Below, one piece after another: positions 29,691-42,394 of a stretch of DNA of 64,000 nucleotides. The DNA comes from the human T2T-CHM13v2.0 reference genome, Homo sapiens. A program made the position numbers and the translations under genes. Every line of letters begins with the position of its first letter. Position 1 is the first letter of the stretch. The stretch lies in NCBI RefSeq assembly GCF_009914755.1, contig NC_060927.1, one strand, 5' to 3'. The notes under the pieces are model-generated. The model was not told the origin of the DNA and did not search any database. It worked only from the letters and a program-made list of their open reading frames with translations.

Positions 29691-32594
29691 GACATTTTTA
29701 AATGAGCTAATATATGCAAAGCATAGTACGTGGCACATATCAAAGCTTAATAATGCTACCAGACAGGTAAGTTTTGACAACATAGACTTGAAAGGAAAAG
29801 CAAAACGTGAAGCCAGGGTGTGCTATCTTGAGTATATTATTGAGGAATCAGAGGTAATATACAAAATATTGACACTCTAAGGGATGGAGGTGCTAATGGT
29901 AAGATGAGAACCACTACAGAGGAATTTTTTACTCATCAATTCAAGAAGCACATCTCATTCATACAGACAATAACACCCTACCATTTAATTGACATGATGA
30001 TTAAAGTTGCCTCCAGTTTCCTGGGTCTGGTTTCAATACATGTTAAAAAAAAAAAAAAAAAGCCTGAATATATTTCTTGTCTATGAAAGGGCATTTTTCC
30101 AGATTCATGACCTTTTTGTCTACTAGAGACATATATGGCAAGAGTGAAAGGAAGTATTGTGAAAGAGACAATTTCTTTGAAATCCATATGTGGATAGAAA
30201 GTGCAGCATTATCTGTGAGAACAATGATATATGTACATAGGTACACATACATGTGATTTTTTTTTTCCAAAGGTTTGAGTTGTCAGGCTAAATGCTACAG
30301 AACAAGAGGGCTTGTGGAGCTAGGTTATAAAACCGTGAGACGCAGAAAGGAGTAGTACACAGGTTGGCATTTGGATAGCTTTCCTCCAAGATCAAGTAGA
30401 ATGAATTTCTGACATCAAGAGGCCATTTTGCTCTGCTCTGGAAATAGCCTTACACTAACACCAAGTAACAGCATAACAAGTTGCATAATATCCAGCCTTA
30501 AAGACAAATGCAAGTGATTTGGAAAGTCATTTAGGAGTTGGTTATCTATAATATCAGCTATCTAAATGGCCTATTCCTTAACCTCGCCCAAGTCATTAAA
30601 AGTTAGCTGGTTTTCTAAGCTAATGGCCCACAGGTGTGATTTGTTCAACCTGCATCTCTTGCTGCTAGTTATTGTGCCTTTAAATGTTGAACTCGAATGA
30701 GTCAAATGGAGCACTCAGTCTCCTGTGTGCAACCTTGCCCACTGGCCTCTGATATCTTTTGCCTGGACTGGGTGAAACCTTTAAGTCACTGACCAATCCC
30801 TTGGAAAGACTTGAGTTTTTGACCCTTGCTATATAGTTTACCAAGTTTCTCTTCAACAACAGCATTATTTTCCTATTAATCTAACTGCCTCTTATTTTTT
30901 CCTCATCTCGCTAGTGAAAGGCCAGGTTTTTCCATAAGAATTTAATTGTTCCTGGGTGGATGATATAATAGTATGTGAAACTTAGGGAGGAAATGGTTCT
31001 CGATGAAAGCACAGAATTACTTTCTGGCATGGTTCACAGTACAGTCCATATTATTGACCTCTTTGGGAAGGGCTTGAAAATTTTGAGCTCAATAAATAAA
31101 ACGGGTCAAATCTGTGAAGTAACTTGATTTTTAGCAACAGAAGCATATTACCACCGGACACAAATTAGCTTAGAGAATACATTAAATTTTAGGAGGTACA
31201 GAAGGGGCTTTTTTTTTTTTTTGACAAAAGAAGGCTGGGAGAATGTGAAATACCCGAGGCATGTTCATTTTTATTCTGTAATGAATAGGAAATCTACTGC
31301 AGTAAAAGCAGAATTAATGATTCAAAAACAGCTGGAGATATTGAAACAGAAATTAAACCTACTTACCTAACTCTTAAAACTGGCAAAAGGGCAAGGCAGG
31401 CTGAAAGCCAGCACCTGAAGAGGGGTGGAATGTGGATGTTAAAAATCTGTGACCAGTCATTTGCAGGACATTCACATACAGCTACGGTAAAGCCCACAAG
31501 TAGCAAATCTCACTAATTAGGAATAACGGGGTGATGGCCACTTGAAATCACTGGAAAACCTGAAGTGTGGACACTTTTTAAGGACACGTAGTCGTGCTGC
31601 TTTCAAGACAGAGACTAACAACAAATGACTTTAAAAGGACTGCAAGGTCCCACTGGAGCTGCTAAGAGATAAAAATCATTTGCACTTAGCACATTCTTTA
31701 TAGGCCAGGGGCTGGTGCTTGGGTTGTACCAATCACTTTAAAACAGTTTGATTTTAAAAAGCTATGCATACCTCCTGCTATCTTATCTATGCTGTTCATT
31801 TGACCATTTTTTCCAAAAATGGTAGAAAAGTTTACTTTAGTCCAAGCGCTTTCCTGAGTGACAAATTCACGTTGATAGTATATGTCATATTGAAATGGTC
31901 CCAATGATCTTAGAAATTCTTACTGTTACAGTTGGGGAAAGGCTGAAAATTGGAACATATGTATGTATGTATGCACATGTGGGTGTGTATGCATATGTGT
32001 ATAAGGCCCATATTTGCCATCTTCTATGTCGCTCTAAGTTGTTTTTTTTTTTTAATTGAATTCTAGGAGGCAAGTATGCAAACTTGAGCCTTAAACAATT
32101 GATTTTCTGGTTTTTCTTTTTCAGGGTATTGGGAAGATATAGGAATCATGACCAGGGCTTTTCTTCACTAGTAAATTTTGCTGGCGGATTTTAAGCAAAT
32201 AGAAAATTCATCTGGCAGCTCTGTTTTACCATCACATATATATCTTCAAACTTATTCTGGATAGAAAAACAACATTTATGTCCAAACCCATTTCAACATC
32301 CGCTCTTAACCAAAAGAGGTCTTTATAGAATTTCCAAGGCTAAAGCACTTATTTCCATACTTAGTGACTTTCATGAGACAGGAGCCTATGAAAGAACACA
32401 CTAATTCCAGGATATTTGTGAACATCTATGCATTTGGGGGCCAAGGTACAAATGGATTGTATATTTGCTAGATGAAACTCCCTGAGATTCCCTCAGGAGG
32501 AAGGAAAAGAACTTATATCAAGTGCATTCCCAGTGTCAGTCCCTGAATAAGCTTTAGGTTTGAAATATATTAAATGGTGTCGCTATTTAAAAGT

Positions 32595-32820
32595 AGTCCA
32601 TGCCCCCTCCTACTTAATTTCTCTACTTAGCATTTATCATTTTCCACTATAAAATACTTATTTTGTCTATTTTCTGTCTCCTTCCACCAAAATATAAGCT
32701 TCATGTGGGTAAGGATTTTGCCTGTTTCTTATTGCTCAGTCTCCACTGCCAAGAATTCTGTCTGGAAGATAATAAGTACTCGACAAATAAATCACTGTGG
32801 AGTGAGTGAGTGAATGACTG
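32595..32820 (+). mobile_element. L2 3' end
   Basis: aatataagcttcatgtgggtaaggattttg...gagtgagtgagtgaatga tail. Confidence 0.7.
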
Positions 32821-32879
32821 AGTATAAACAACTATGGATACCATCTCATTATCTTGTGTTCTAATGGACCCAACAGGAA

Positions 32880-33095
32880 GACCTGGCTGGAACCTAGCTC
32901 TGCCACTTATGAACTGGAAGGCCTTAGATGAGGGACAGTCGCTCTGAGCATCAGTTTTCCTCATGCCTGAAAAGCAGATAATGATAGTTCCTTCTCCATG
33001 AGGTTGTAACAACAAAAAAGGAGCATGCCAGGACACTGTTTCGCATGTTTCTCGGCATGTTGTAGGTGCTTCAAAAATGTTGGCTATTATTACTG
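32880..33095 (+). mobile_element. MIR
   Basis: ctagctctgccactta...ctctgagcatcagttttcctcat...ggctattattact. Confidence 0.78.
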
Positions 33096-35923
33096 CTTTT
33101 GTCTTTATTTCAAAACCATTAACGAATGCAGAATAATACTCCCATGAATATAACAGAATTCTGCACCTACATATTTCATCACTCATCTTTTCTAAGAGCT
33201 CTGACACAGGATAAGGAAGAAACTGATGGGTGAAGAAGCTGCCTCACTCTTGCTGAGTTTTGCAAAACCATTTCTTGGGCTTGGGGAACGGAAAGGGCCT
33301 CCTAGACCTGACCTCACAAAGGACCGTGTGCAGCAGCTGGCCTGCCTGTCTCTGAGTTGCATGCTTAAGAAATCAGTAGGGCATTTGGGTCTCAGGCTGT
33401 CCATGCTATTACCTTCCTGAAGCCCTAAATACATTTGAAAAGCAATCGTTTTCCTTATAGCTTTGGAAAGGAGAATGTGAAGAGAGGCTTGGTGGAGGCA
33501 AGCTCATATTTCAAGGCACGTCAAGGACCAAGATGGATGATGTGCAGCTAACAGTGGAAACGGATGTAAAACACAAAGATCAGGCCCACACAGATGCCCA
33601 CACTGCCCGCCCCCCCCTCCACCCCACTTCAGGATCAAGATGAAATGGAGCCATAACATTCAAAAACAGAGACACTGGCTTTCAGAATAAAGGACGGCTT
33701 GACAGTGCCTGATATTCAGGTCATCATTGCCTGCACTGGGATTTTGAATGCATAGATGCTTCCAGATATGTCTATTTTTCTACCTCTTGTTCTGTGATTC
33801 CTAGTCTGCTTGCCTTATTAGAATTATCAGTAAAGAATGCTTTTTAAAGGCACTTATTCTATGGATAAGTGCTTGTTTCATCTTTGCAATAAGCCGTCGA
33901 AATAGGAAATATTTATTTGGGTGCCCATTTCACAGATGAGGTCTTGTCATAAAACCAGTAAGTAGTGCAGTCAGATCTGCCCTCAGGCCTGTCTGAATCA
34001 AGCTTAAATGCTGCTCAGTATCATAACACCGCAAACCAAATTAGTTCTACTGTGATGCTCTCACAGCTTCTTTACTTTTTCTTCATAACATTGAACTTAA
34101 TTTTTAAAAATATATGTACATGATTACTTGCCTAATTCTTGACTCAGCAATAAACAACTTTTTTAATATCACTGTATTTGTAAAGCAGAGCCCAAACATA
34201 ATTCATAAGAGAGACTCAGAAAATAACTGTCAAATGTGTGAATACAAAGTGGACATAAGTTAACATTTCACATTAAGATTGAAATTTAGTTAGTTTTTTA
34301 AATGAATGAAGAACATTCAAAACTCTTGTATTCAGTGATCTTTCCTCTTCTAAGGATAAAATCAATGTGTAAAAGTTTCTAATAATCTTTAGTATAATTA
34401 TTCCACAATCATATGGAAATTCATACACTTGTGCAATTTACCTATTTATTATTTTACTCTTCCATTAAACAACTGCCAGTATGTATCTACCCTCTACATT
34501 TTTTTCCTCCTTTTGATTCTAGTTCTTAGTAGGTGCTCAACAAATATTTATGGGACAAACTAATTAAAAATACTGCTGATCCACAGTTGCTGATATTTTA
34601 ATAAAAGTAAAAATGCTCACACCTTTATAACCATACATAAATATTTTCTGAGTGATGTGAACTTAGAGATTTTCAGAGTGAGTTACTTGTGACTTTACAA
34701 CATTCAAGATACAACAGAATGATGAAAATGTGATTCAAGGGAGAAACTCTGTGGTCGTGAACCAAGGCTAAAGAGAAAAAGCCTTGCTGTTTTAGTTTGT
34801 TTTTTCCAAACAAAGTTGGGAGGTAAACCACAGCTTCTGACCATGTATTTAAACATTTAGAAAACTCACTGAAATTGCTTACATGTAAACAGCAAGAGAT
34901 TAATACTGTGTTTTTGAAACTGGCTTGAATGAGGCCTGTGAGATTTCACCACAGAAAACGAGAAAATGATTGTTCCCAGAAATAAACAAAAACAATGTAA
35001 GAATTTATATTTCTTCTTTATCTTTCTCTTAGCCAAAAGCAAAGCACAACAGACAATGCAAACAAAAAGCAAATGAACAAAAGAAACTTGAAAGGAAAGA
35101 AGTGGTGATAAAGTCTAAGGACGGGGAAATGTGCTATGAAGCAAGAAGCGAAGGATTCCAGTGAAACGTAAGGGAAATGCTAAATGAAAGATGGGTATAC
35201 AGCGTGAGACAGAATCAAGAAATGGTAAGAGGTTGGATAGAGAAGAATCAAGCTGCCGGGTGGTGAGTCCAAACACTGCTAAAATCCAATTCTAATTATA
35301 CACGAGCCTCTTCTCTGCATTTGTTTAATTTCATTCTTCTCTGCAAATACAGAAACAGCTGTTTCCCTTTTGACACAATTATCTAAGTCCAGAAGCTTTT
35401 GAAATGTCCCTTTGAAAGGTTTGCAGACCTTACAAGAAGCCTAAACATATTAAGTAACAGACCTTTTGGATTTTAGACAAGGAAAGCATTTTACTCAAGG
35501 CCTTGAAACTACCGGCCAGAGGACCTAGGGTGGTGGAAGGAACCATGGTGTGTCTCAAAGTCAGGATGAATGGCAATACTTATTTGACCTTAAAAGTCAA
35601 CAACTTGACCATTAGCTTGACTACATTATGAGTGAAAAATTGACCTAGAGTATTCATCCATTGGCTGACCAGCAGCTAATCAGATTGTCTTTATTGAACT
35701 TAGTTTGAACTAAGATATTGATAATCTATAGTCAATTGTTGATGGGCACCAGAATATAGTCAAGTAGATTTAGGATTAGCGGTTCCATTGGACCATGTAA
35801 GTCAAGAGACACAAATAGAAAACTGAGTAGTTCCCTCAAGAGAGAGAAAATACTAAAAGAAAAAAGGGGAAGACTACAAAAGAGACAAAAATGAATGAAT
35901 GTGTGGCCCCACAGAGATGGAAG

Positions 35924-36607
35924 TGAGGGGTGAAGCCAGCTGGACTTCTGGGTCGGGTGGGGACTTGGAGAACTTTTCTGTCTCGCTAAAGGATTGTAAA
36001 TGCACAAGTCAGCGCTCTGTGTCTAGCTAAAGGTTTGTAAACGCACCAATCAGCACTCTGTAAAAACAGACCAATCAGCATTCTGTAAAATGGACCAATC
36101 AGCACTTGTAAAATGCACCAATTGGCAGGATGTGGGTGGGGCCAAATAAGGCACTAAAAGCTGGCCACTTGAGCCAGCAGCGGCAACCCACTCAGGTCAC
36201 CTTCCACACTGTGGAAGCTTTGTTCTTTGGCTCTTCACAATAAATCTTGCTGCTGCTCACTCTTTGGGTCTGCACTACCTTTATGAGTTGTCACACTCAC
36301 TGTGGAGGTCTGAGGCTTCACTCCTGAAGTCAGCGAGACCACGAACCCACCAGGAGGAACAAACAACTCCAGATGCACCACCTTTAAGAGCTGTAACACT
36401 CACTGCGAAGGTCTGCGGCTTCACTCCTGATGTCAAGCGAGACCACGAACCTACCAGCAGGAAGAAACTCTGGACACATCTGAACATCTGAAGGAACAAA
36501 CTCTAGACACACCATCTTTAAGAACTGTAACACTCACCGTAAGTGTCCGCAGCTTCATTCTTGAAGTGAGACCAAACACCCACAGGAAGGAACCAATTCC
36601 GGACACA
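35924..36607 (+). mobile_element. LTR12 (ERV9) solo LTR, 684 bp
   Basis: TG...CA ends, 4-bp TSD gaag at 35920-35923 and 36608-36611, tandem (g)accaatcagca U3 repeats, aataaa near 36239, tandem U5 repeats (gagaccacgaacc). Confidence 0.96.
36040..36165 (+). promoter_or_regulatory. LTR12 U3 CCAAT (NF-Y) array and GC-box-like promoter region
   Basis: Four CCAAT boxes and gtgggtgggg. LTR12 NF-Y promoter/enhancer activity is established for the family but not shown for this copy. Confidence 0.5.
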
Positions 36608-36689
36608 GAAGTATTTTCCATTCCTATCAACTTTTCATTTCCATCTTCATAAAGACTCAGTATCCAAACTCAGTATCCAATAAACAAAC

Positions 36690-36915
36690 AATGGCTAATA
36701 TTTCTGAACACATAACCATACAGTATTGTGCATACATTGTTTCATTTCATCCTCAAACAACCCTATAAAGAAAGAACTATTACTATTCCCATTTTACAGC
36801 TGAGAAAACTGAGACCTGGAGAGCTTAAGTAGTGTGCTCACACAAGTCCCATGGTTAGTAACTGGTAGCGACAGGATTCAAACTCAATTCTGTCTTATTC
36901 CAAAGTTCATGTTCT
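36690..36915 (-). mobile_element. MIR
   Basis: cccattttacagctgagaaaactgag...ggattcaaactc. Confidence 0.8.
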
Positions 36916-38248
36916 TCTTAAACCAGGTGTTTCTTGTAACCTGAAATTACCTTCCTCTTTATTCGAGCAAGCTTGAGAATTCTTTTTATAAACATCAGCC
37001 ATCCCTGATGAACACAGAAATGAAAAAGTTCAAGATGTTAGCAAGGAAGGGATCCTCGCTAAGCACTGAAGTTGTGACATAGAGGCAAATTCTGTGACTT
37101 AAAACTCCATTTCCTTTGGGTATAAGGATTCAACTTTAAATGTTTTTTCCCCCACTTTACTTTCCTCCTTTCCGGTTTTTACATTAGGCAAGTTACTGAT
37201 ATAAAATTCTTGCTGAACTTAGAGTCCTGTCATTTTCCCCAGTGTTCTGACATTTTTTAAAAAATATAAAGTAATTTAATGGAAATTTTTAAACTGGATA
37301 AGAAAAAGACAGAGGAAAGAGTATACTTTGAGTAATGAAGCAAACGAAGCTGAGGAAGTTGGATGCTTATGTTTACTACCAAGTAAATGTCAGAGGACAT
37401 TTACATTTGCCAAATTCTTTGCGTGTATATCTTCAAAGCTGTCCAGATGCATTAGATGAACACAGCATGATAATGGTCATACCCTGCTCTGTGCTTCACT
37501 TCTACACATTAAATTGCCTGAATATAAATGAAGGCCACAATGTTCATTTACATGCAATACTAGGTCTGTTTTTTGAACAAGCTGTCTAAAGAAATATTCT
37601 GTCACACGATAGATTTTCACATCTTTGGCTATTTTGGTTTTATGTTGGAAAGAAGTGAAGAGATATGTGAGGGAATTTTTCAGAATATTGAATTTGGGCC
37701 TGGGCTAGGCATTGGCTAGCTGTGTGACCTTGAGCTAGGCATTCACCTGATGACACTGAAACCATACTATTTATGTCACAGGGTAAATAAGGTCATAATA
37801 AGATCGTAACTGAAACAGAGATGGAGAAGATTATCAGGAGTCTTTAAATGTTTATGGAATTTATTGAATGATTACTACGAATTGTTTTAAGGAAGAGCCA
37901 CTCTAAATTCCATTTTAGTTGAAGGAACACATTTGGGTACTTACTGTGTGTGCCACTGTGTGTCTGGCACATGCTTTCTCATGAAATGATCTCCCCAGTT
38001 CTGTAATAGGACTTTCAGTTTAGATCTTTTGAGTTGAAATGGCAGAAGGTGCTGGACCATCAAGATCTGAAGCTGATCTCAAGAAAAGATGCTCCCTGCC
38101 TCCAAATCTTTAGCCTCAGGCCACTGGGTGCATGTGGAATGGGCCAGCAAAGGGACTGGGTCAATAGGCTGCTGTTGCCTTGCAGCCGAGTCCCCAGGGA
38201 GACACAACAGGGTGCTGACCAGAAGCAAAGAACTCACTATTTTACCCC

Positions 38249-38338
38249 TTTAACAGGTAAAAATTACAGGTAATTAACAGGGTAAAAATTAACAGGGTAA
38301 TTAACAGGGTAAAAAAAATTAACGGTAAAAATTACAGG
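38249..38338. repeat. Short irregular tandem array of taa(aaa)ttaacagg(g) units
   Basis: About 6-7 imperfect units directly visible. Confidence 0.9.
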
Positions 38339-39013
38339 CTCATTTTTTTAATCTCACATTCTTTTGTTTGTAACATCAGAGGCAAGTCTTTCATAACCTA
38401 TTCATAGACACATACACATTTATGTGGAACAAATATTTTGCAAAAGAATAATTTTTTAAAAAGTGATACTTTCAACAGAAAATATGTAGATATTCAATGT
38501 TCTCATTCCTCCTAGAGGGTGAACAGCCTCTTTCTAGGGAAGGGCACCCAGCTGGAGAACACTTGTCATAATTTGCAATCATCAGCATGTCATGAAAAGA
38601 AACATAGTCACAAAGCCAAGCCAGGCTGTTTCAAAACCACAGTAGAGAATTTTTTGGAATCAGGGGCATATGAGTGCATGGAACTGAGGAACAAATGCCA
38701 GATCCAAAGTGGATGCTGAGATCATTCCCAAGCAAAGACCACCATGTGAGTAGGGGGAATCAAGACATAGTGTCAGAGTGGGCAGAGAAGCCCAAAGATG
38801 AGTGAAGGGTATCATGGTGGGAAGAGGGGTAGCTACAGCGTCTGCAGGAGCTAAGGCAGTTCTGCTGGCATTTGTAGCCATCTAGCCTTGAAAGGTGGCA
38901 ACACAGAGGAGTGGAAGCAGCTCAGGGCATCATAAGGCCCTGGGGGCCTGAAGGAATGGTGATAAATGGAGGTATGAGGCCCAATGAGAGATGAGGATAA
39001 AGAGTAACCAAGG

Positions 39014-39145
39014 ATGAGGAAGACCATAACATTTATGGTCCAGACAAGGCCAGGACGATTTGGAAAGTGAAAGGGGGTGCTGTTAATAACTATACCAGGC
39101 ATATACTGGACTGTCTCCGGCAACTTGGGACGTATGGACTCTCTA
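39014..39145 (+). mobile_element. MER94 (hAT-Blackjack)
   Basis: gaccataacatttatggtcca...gtgaaagggggtgctgttaataa...gggacgtatgg. Confidence 0.75.
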
Positions 39146-39199
39146 TTAAAAGCAAATAATGCTCTGGCTTAATGTTGGCCTTGATCAAGCCACTGAGGG

Positions 39200-39440
39200 A
39201 AAGAGTTAGGGCTCTGGAGTCATTTGCCCTGGTTCAAACACAAACACTGCTGCTTATTGAGTGTGTGACCTTGGGTGGATAATTTAACTTCTTTGTGCTG
39301 AGTTTTCCTGCATATTCCCATTGTACAGGGAAAACCCTGAGGACCTAGAGAGGTTTAATAAGTTACCCTAGGTCATGGAGTTAGGAATCAAACATAATCC
39401 AGTCTGAAACCAAACTCATTCTCTGAAGCTCTACCACAGT
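39200..39440. mobile_element. Two MIR halves in opposite orientation
   Basis: gggctctggagtca...tgtgtgaccttggg (+) followed by cccattgtacagggaaaaccctgagg (-). Confidence 0.6.
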
Positions 39441-42394
39441 AACTGTACATATAGTCAGTGGCAGCCTTTCTGCTCTCAGATTATTCACTATGAACAGCAC
39501 TGAATAGATCTCAGCAGGTTTCTATTTTCCTCCTTGACCAGTATTTTTGGAACCACCATATATCTGTCCCCAACTTTATAGTGCCCTCAAGCAATACCAG
39601 CTCCCCAAGAAATGTCTAGTTTCATGTCATTTTGGAAAGTTTTACTTAAAATCTGCTGTTTCTTCTACCAGTAATTCCTCCTACCTTAAAGAATGTTCCC
39701 TCCCTGGCCACAGAAGAAGTTATCTGTTTGATTTTAATCACTCTCCTTAGAATCCCAGCTTAAGGGGATACAGGTAAAAACAAGAAAAGGAATCAGCTGA
39801 GAAGACAAAGCTCTTGGCTCCAAATTAAAAACAATCCTGAATACTCCATATCTGAAAAAAGTGCAAATGATTCCTGGGGGGGACTTGGAAAAGAGCTTGG
39901 CTCTTACAGTAATCTATCAACTGTCAGCCTCTTAACACTAGAGGTTTAAAGACACACACTGTTCTTGTTACAGAGGACGTGTTCCTGTGGGTACATCCAC
40001 AGCAATTTATGACTACTTCAAAATCAGTTGTAAGCTTCTTCTATGTTTGAAATCCAGCATTTATGTGTGCTTTAGGAGACACTGAAAATGCTCTTAAATG
40101 AGATATGTAAAAGCCAGTGAAAAGTTAAAAGCAGCTTATAAATGCAAGGTATTGTTATTATTGGAAGAACATTAGTTATGCAATGCCTGTCAGTCTCTTC
40201 TACGGTATTCTCCTGGATGAATGCATTATTCCCTTAAAACTATTCCAGTAAGTCTGACTTTAGATAATATGCAGGCAGACATTATTTTCATATCCCTTGT
40301 TTTCATTCTCTGAGTGTTGACATATTTCAAATCGGCGAGTGAATCCATAAGGTACTCAAAGAGGCAGTGTGGTCTTCCCACCCCAGAACACCGTCACTAA
40401 TTACCTGTAATGCAGCTGACCAAGACAAGAAATGCAGAACATAATTCTTTATTATTACCTGTACAACCATTTTAGCTCAGGTCCCACTAATTTGGACATT
40501 TCAGTTATTCAACTGAGCCTGTGCTGAATTTTTTCTTTTTCTTTGTTTTTGTGCTGAATTTTTTTCTTTCTGTTCTCTTTGATAAAACTAGTTGTGAAGC
40601 AAATGGAAGTATAAATATAATGAGTTTGGAGGAGCAAGTTAAAAATATTTTAAAAGTTTTGTATACATCTTCATGTAAAAGAACAAGAAATGTGATGAAT
40701 AAATATAGCTACTCATGTATTACCTAAATTTTATACCTCTTTAAAAGAATCTTTAGTGGTTGCCCTAGTGTTACATCTTTAATTAACCAATCTACTTTCA
40801 AGTAATGTTATACTGTTTCCCATGGCATGCAAGTTGGCATTTGAATCACATTCCTTATTTAATAGATGGAAATTAAAATATACTTTAAGCTATAATTCTC
40901 TGTATTTTAGTGTATTTCACAAATTCAGACTGACCAGTCAATTTTCTTCTCTTTACTCTTAGTTTACTCTTATATTCTGGGGTACTGGCAATGTTCTATA
41001 TCTTGATTTGGGTGATAGTTATGTGGGTAGATACATGTGTAAAAACTTATCATGTACTTAATTGTATATGTATTATACTTAGATTTTTTTTTTCAATATG
41101 ATGCACAAGTTAAGCCTTCCTCATTGTTCACCCAGGAGATATTTCTGTAATGGCATTGAGTATGTTACAGAAAATATGGGTAGGGCATATTTTGAAGGCT
41201 GTCTTGATGCCTTATGTTAGCATTCAGAGCTCAAGAAGCTGGAATCTCTACAGATCAGTTATCATCACTCTAATCCTAGAATGCCTTTTCATCCCAATCT
41301 GAAAATGCCTTTTCAGATACTATCTGTTGCCTGGAAAAGCCAGAGTCACATCAAGGAAGATGTTTCTCCACCAGTAAAACAGCCCACAGGCAACTGGTGG
41401 TGAAGGTGGATTTTTTTGTATGTATGCCAGTGAGGTATGAAGAATGGCATCATTAATGACGGCAAACTCCAGCAAATTAAGAATTGTTCATATTCATTTA
41501 TTCATCAGGAATTCATGAATGATTATTTATGCAATCATTTATTGCATGTCCATATGTACAAACCCTGTGCAGGAATATGCAGTTATTGTTTTTAGGCGCT
41601 CTTTGTATTGGAGGATATAATGGCAATTACAGTGCAGCTGCACAGTAACTGTACTATAGCAGGAACTGCAGCGTACCATCGCGGGGCAGAGTTGGGCTCT
41701 CGACCAGCTGAAGAAAAGCAAGGAGCAATGGGTATGGAAGTCTTCTTGGAGGATATGAAGCATAACCATTGGAAATAGCCTATCAATCTAGTGCCAGAAT
41801 TCTCAATTCCCATGCACTTCCCTCTTCTAACTATATTCCTTCCTTAATGGATGCACCTTGGAAATGTACACCATTATTTTTTTCAGTTGCTAAAGTAAAA
41901 AATCTAGGAGGTCTTGCAAAGGAGCACAAAGAATTGTTTAGAATTGGTTAAAAAAATTGACATTTCTGTATTACAGTGGTGTGGTTTCATAGGTATATAT
42001 ATCTTTCTATACTCATCTTGGTGTATGTTTTAAATGGATAAAACTTCATCAATAAGGTTGATGAAAAGTCTAGGCATTATCCTTGACTGATCTTTTTCCA
42101 TCATCCTCAAGTCATTTATAAATGCAATCCCTTCAACGTCTAAAAATCATCCTAATCCATCCACTGCTCTCCATTGCCACTGCCAGCGCTATTGTACAAG
42201 CCCCAACCACACGTGGCTAGGATGACTACGGTAGCCTCCTGACCGGTCTTCCCTCTATTCTTGCTCTCTATAGTCCATTCTCCACATCTGTTTATAATGC
42301 AAATGTGGTGTGTTATACCCTTGCTTAAACCTCAAAAGGCTTCCAATTGCACTTATAGTGAAACTGAAATTCCTTACCAGGGCCTTCAAGGTGC

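Noticed and set aside
32701-33207. 168-aa minus-strand ORF
   Set aside because: Runs through MIR and L2 fragments with no recognisable domain.
35985-36600. Repeat-spacer-like pattern (accaatcagca; gagaccacgaacc)
   Set aside because: These are the normal U3 and U5 tandem repeats of LTR12.
38249-38338. CRISPR-like or interstitial telomeric array
   Set aside because: No unique spacers, units are irregular and are not TTAGGG; the context is eukaryotic.
40755-40835. Similarity to 42548-42695 as another local duplication
   Set aside because: Both look like diverged fragments of the same old L1M region, so independent repeat copies suffice.
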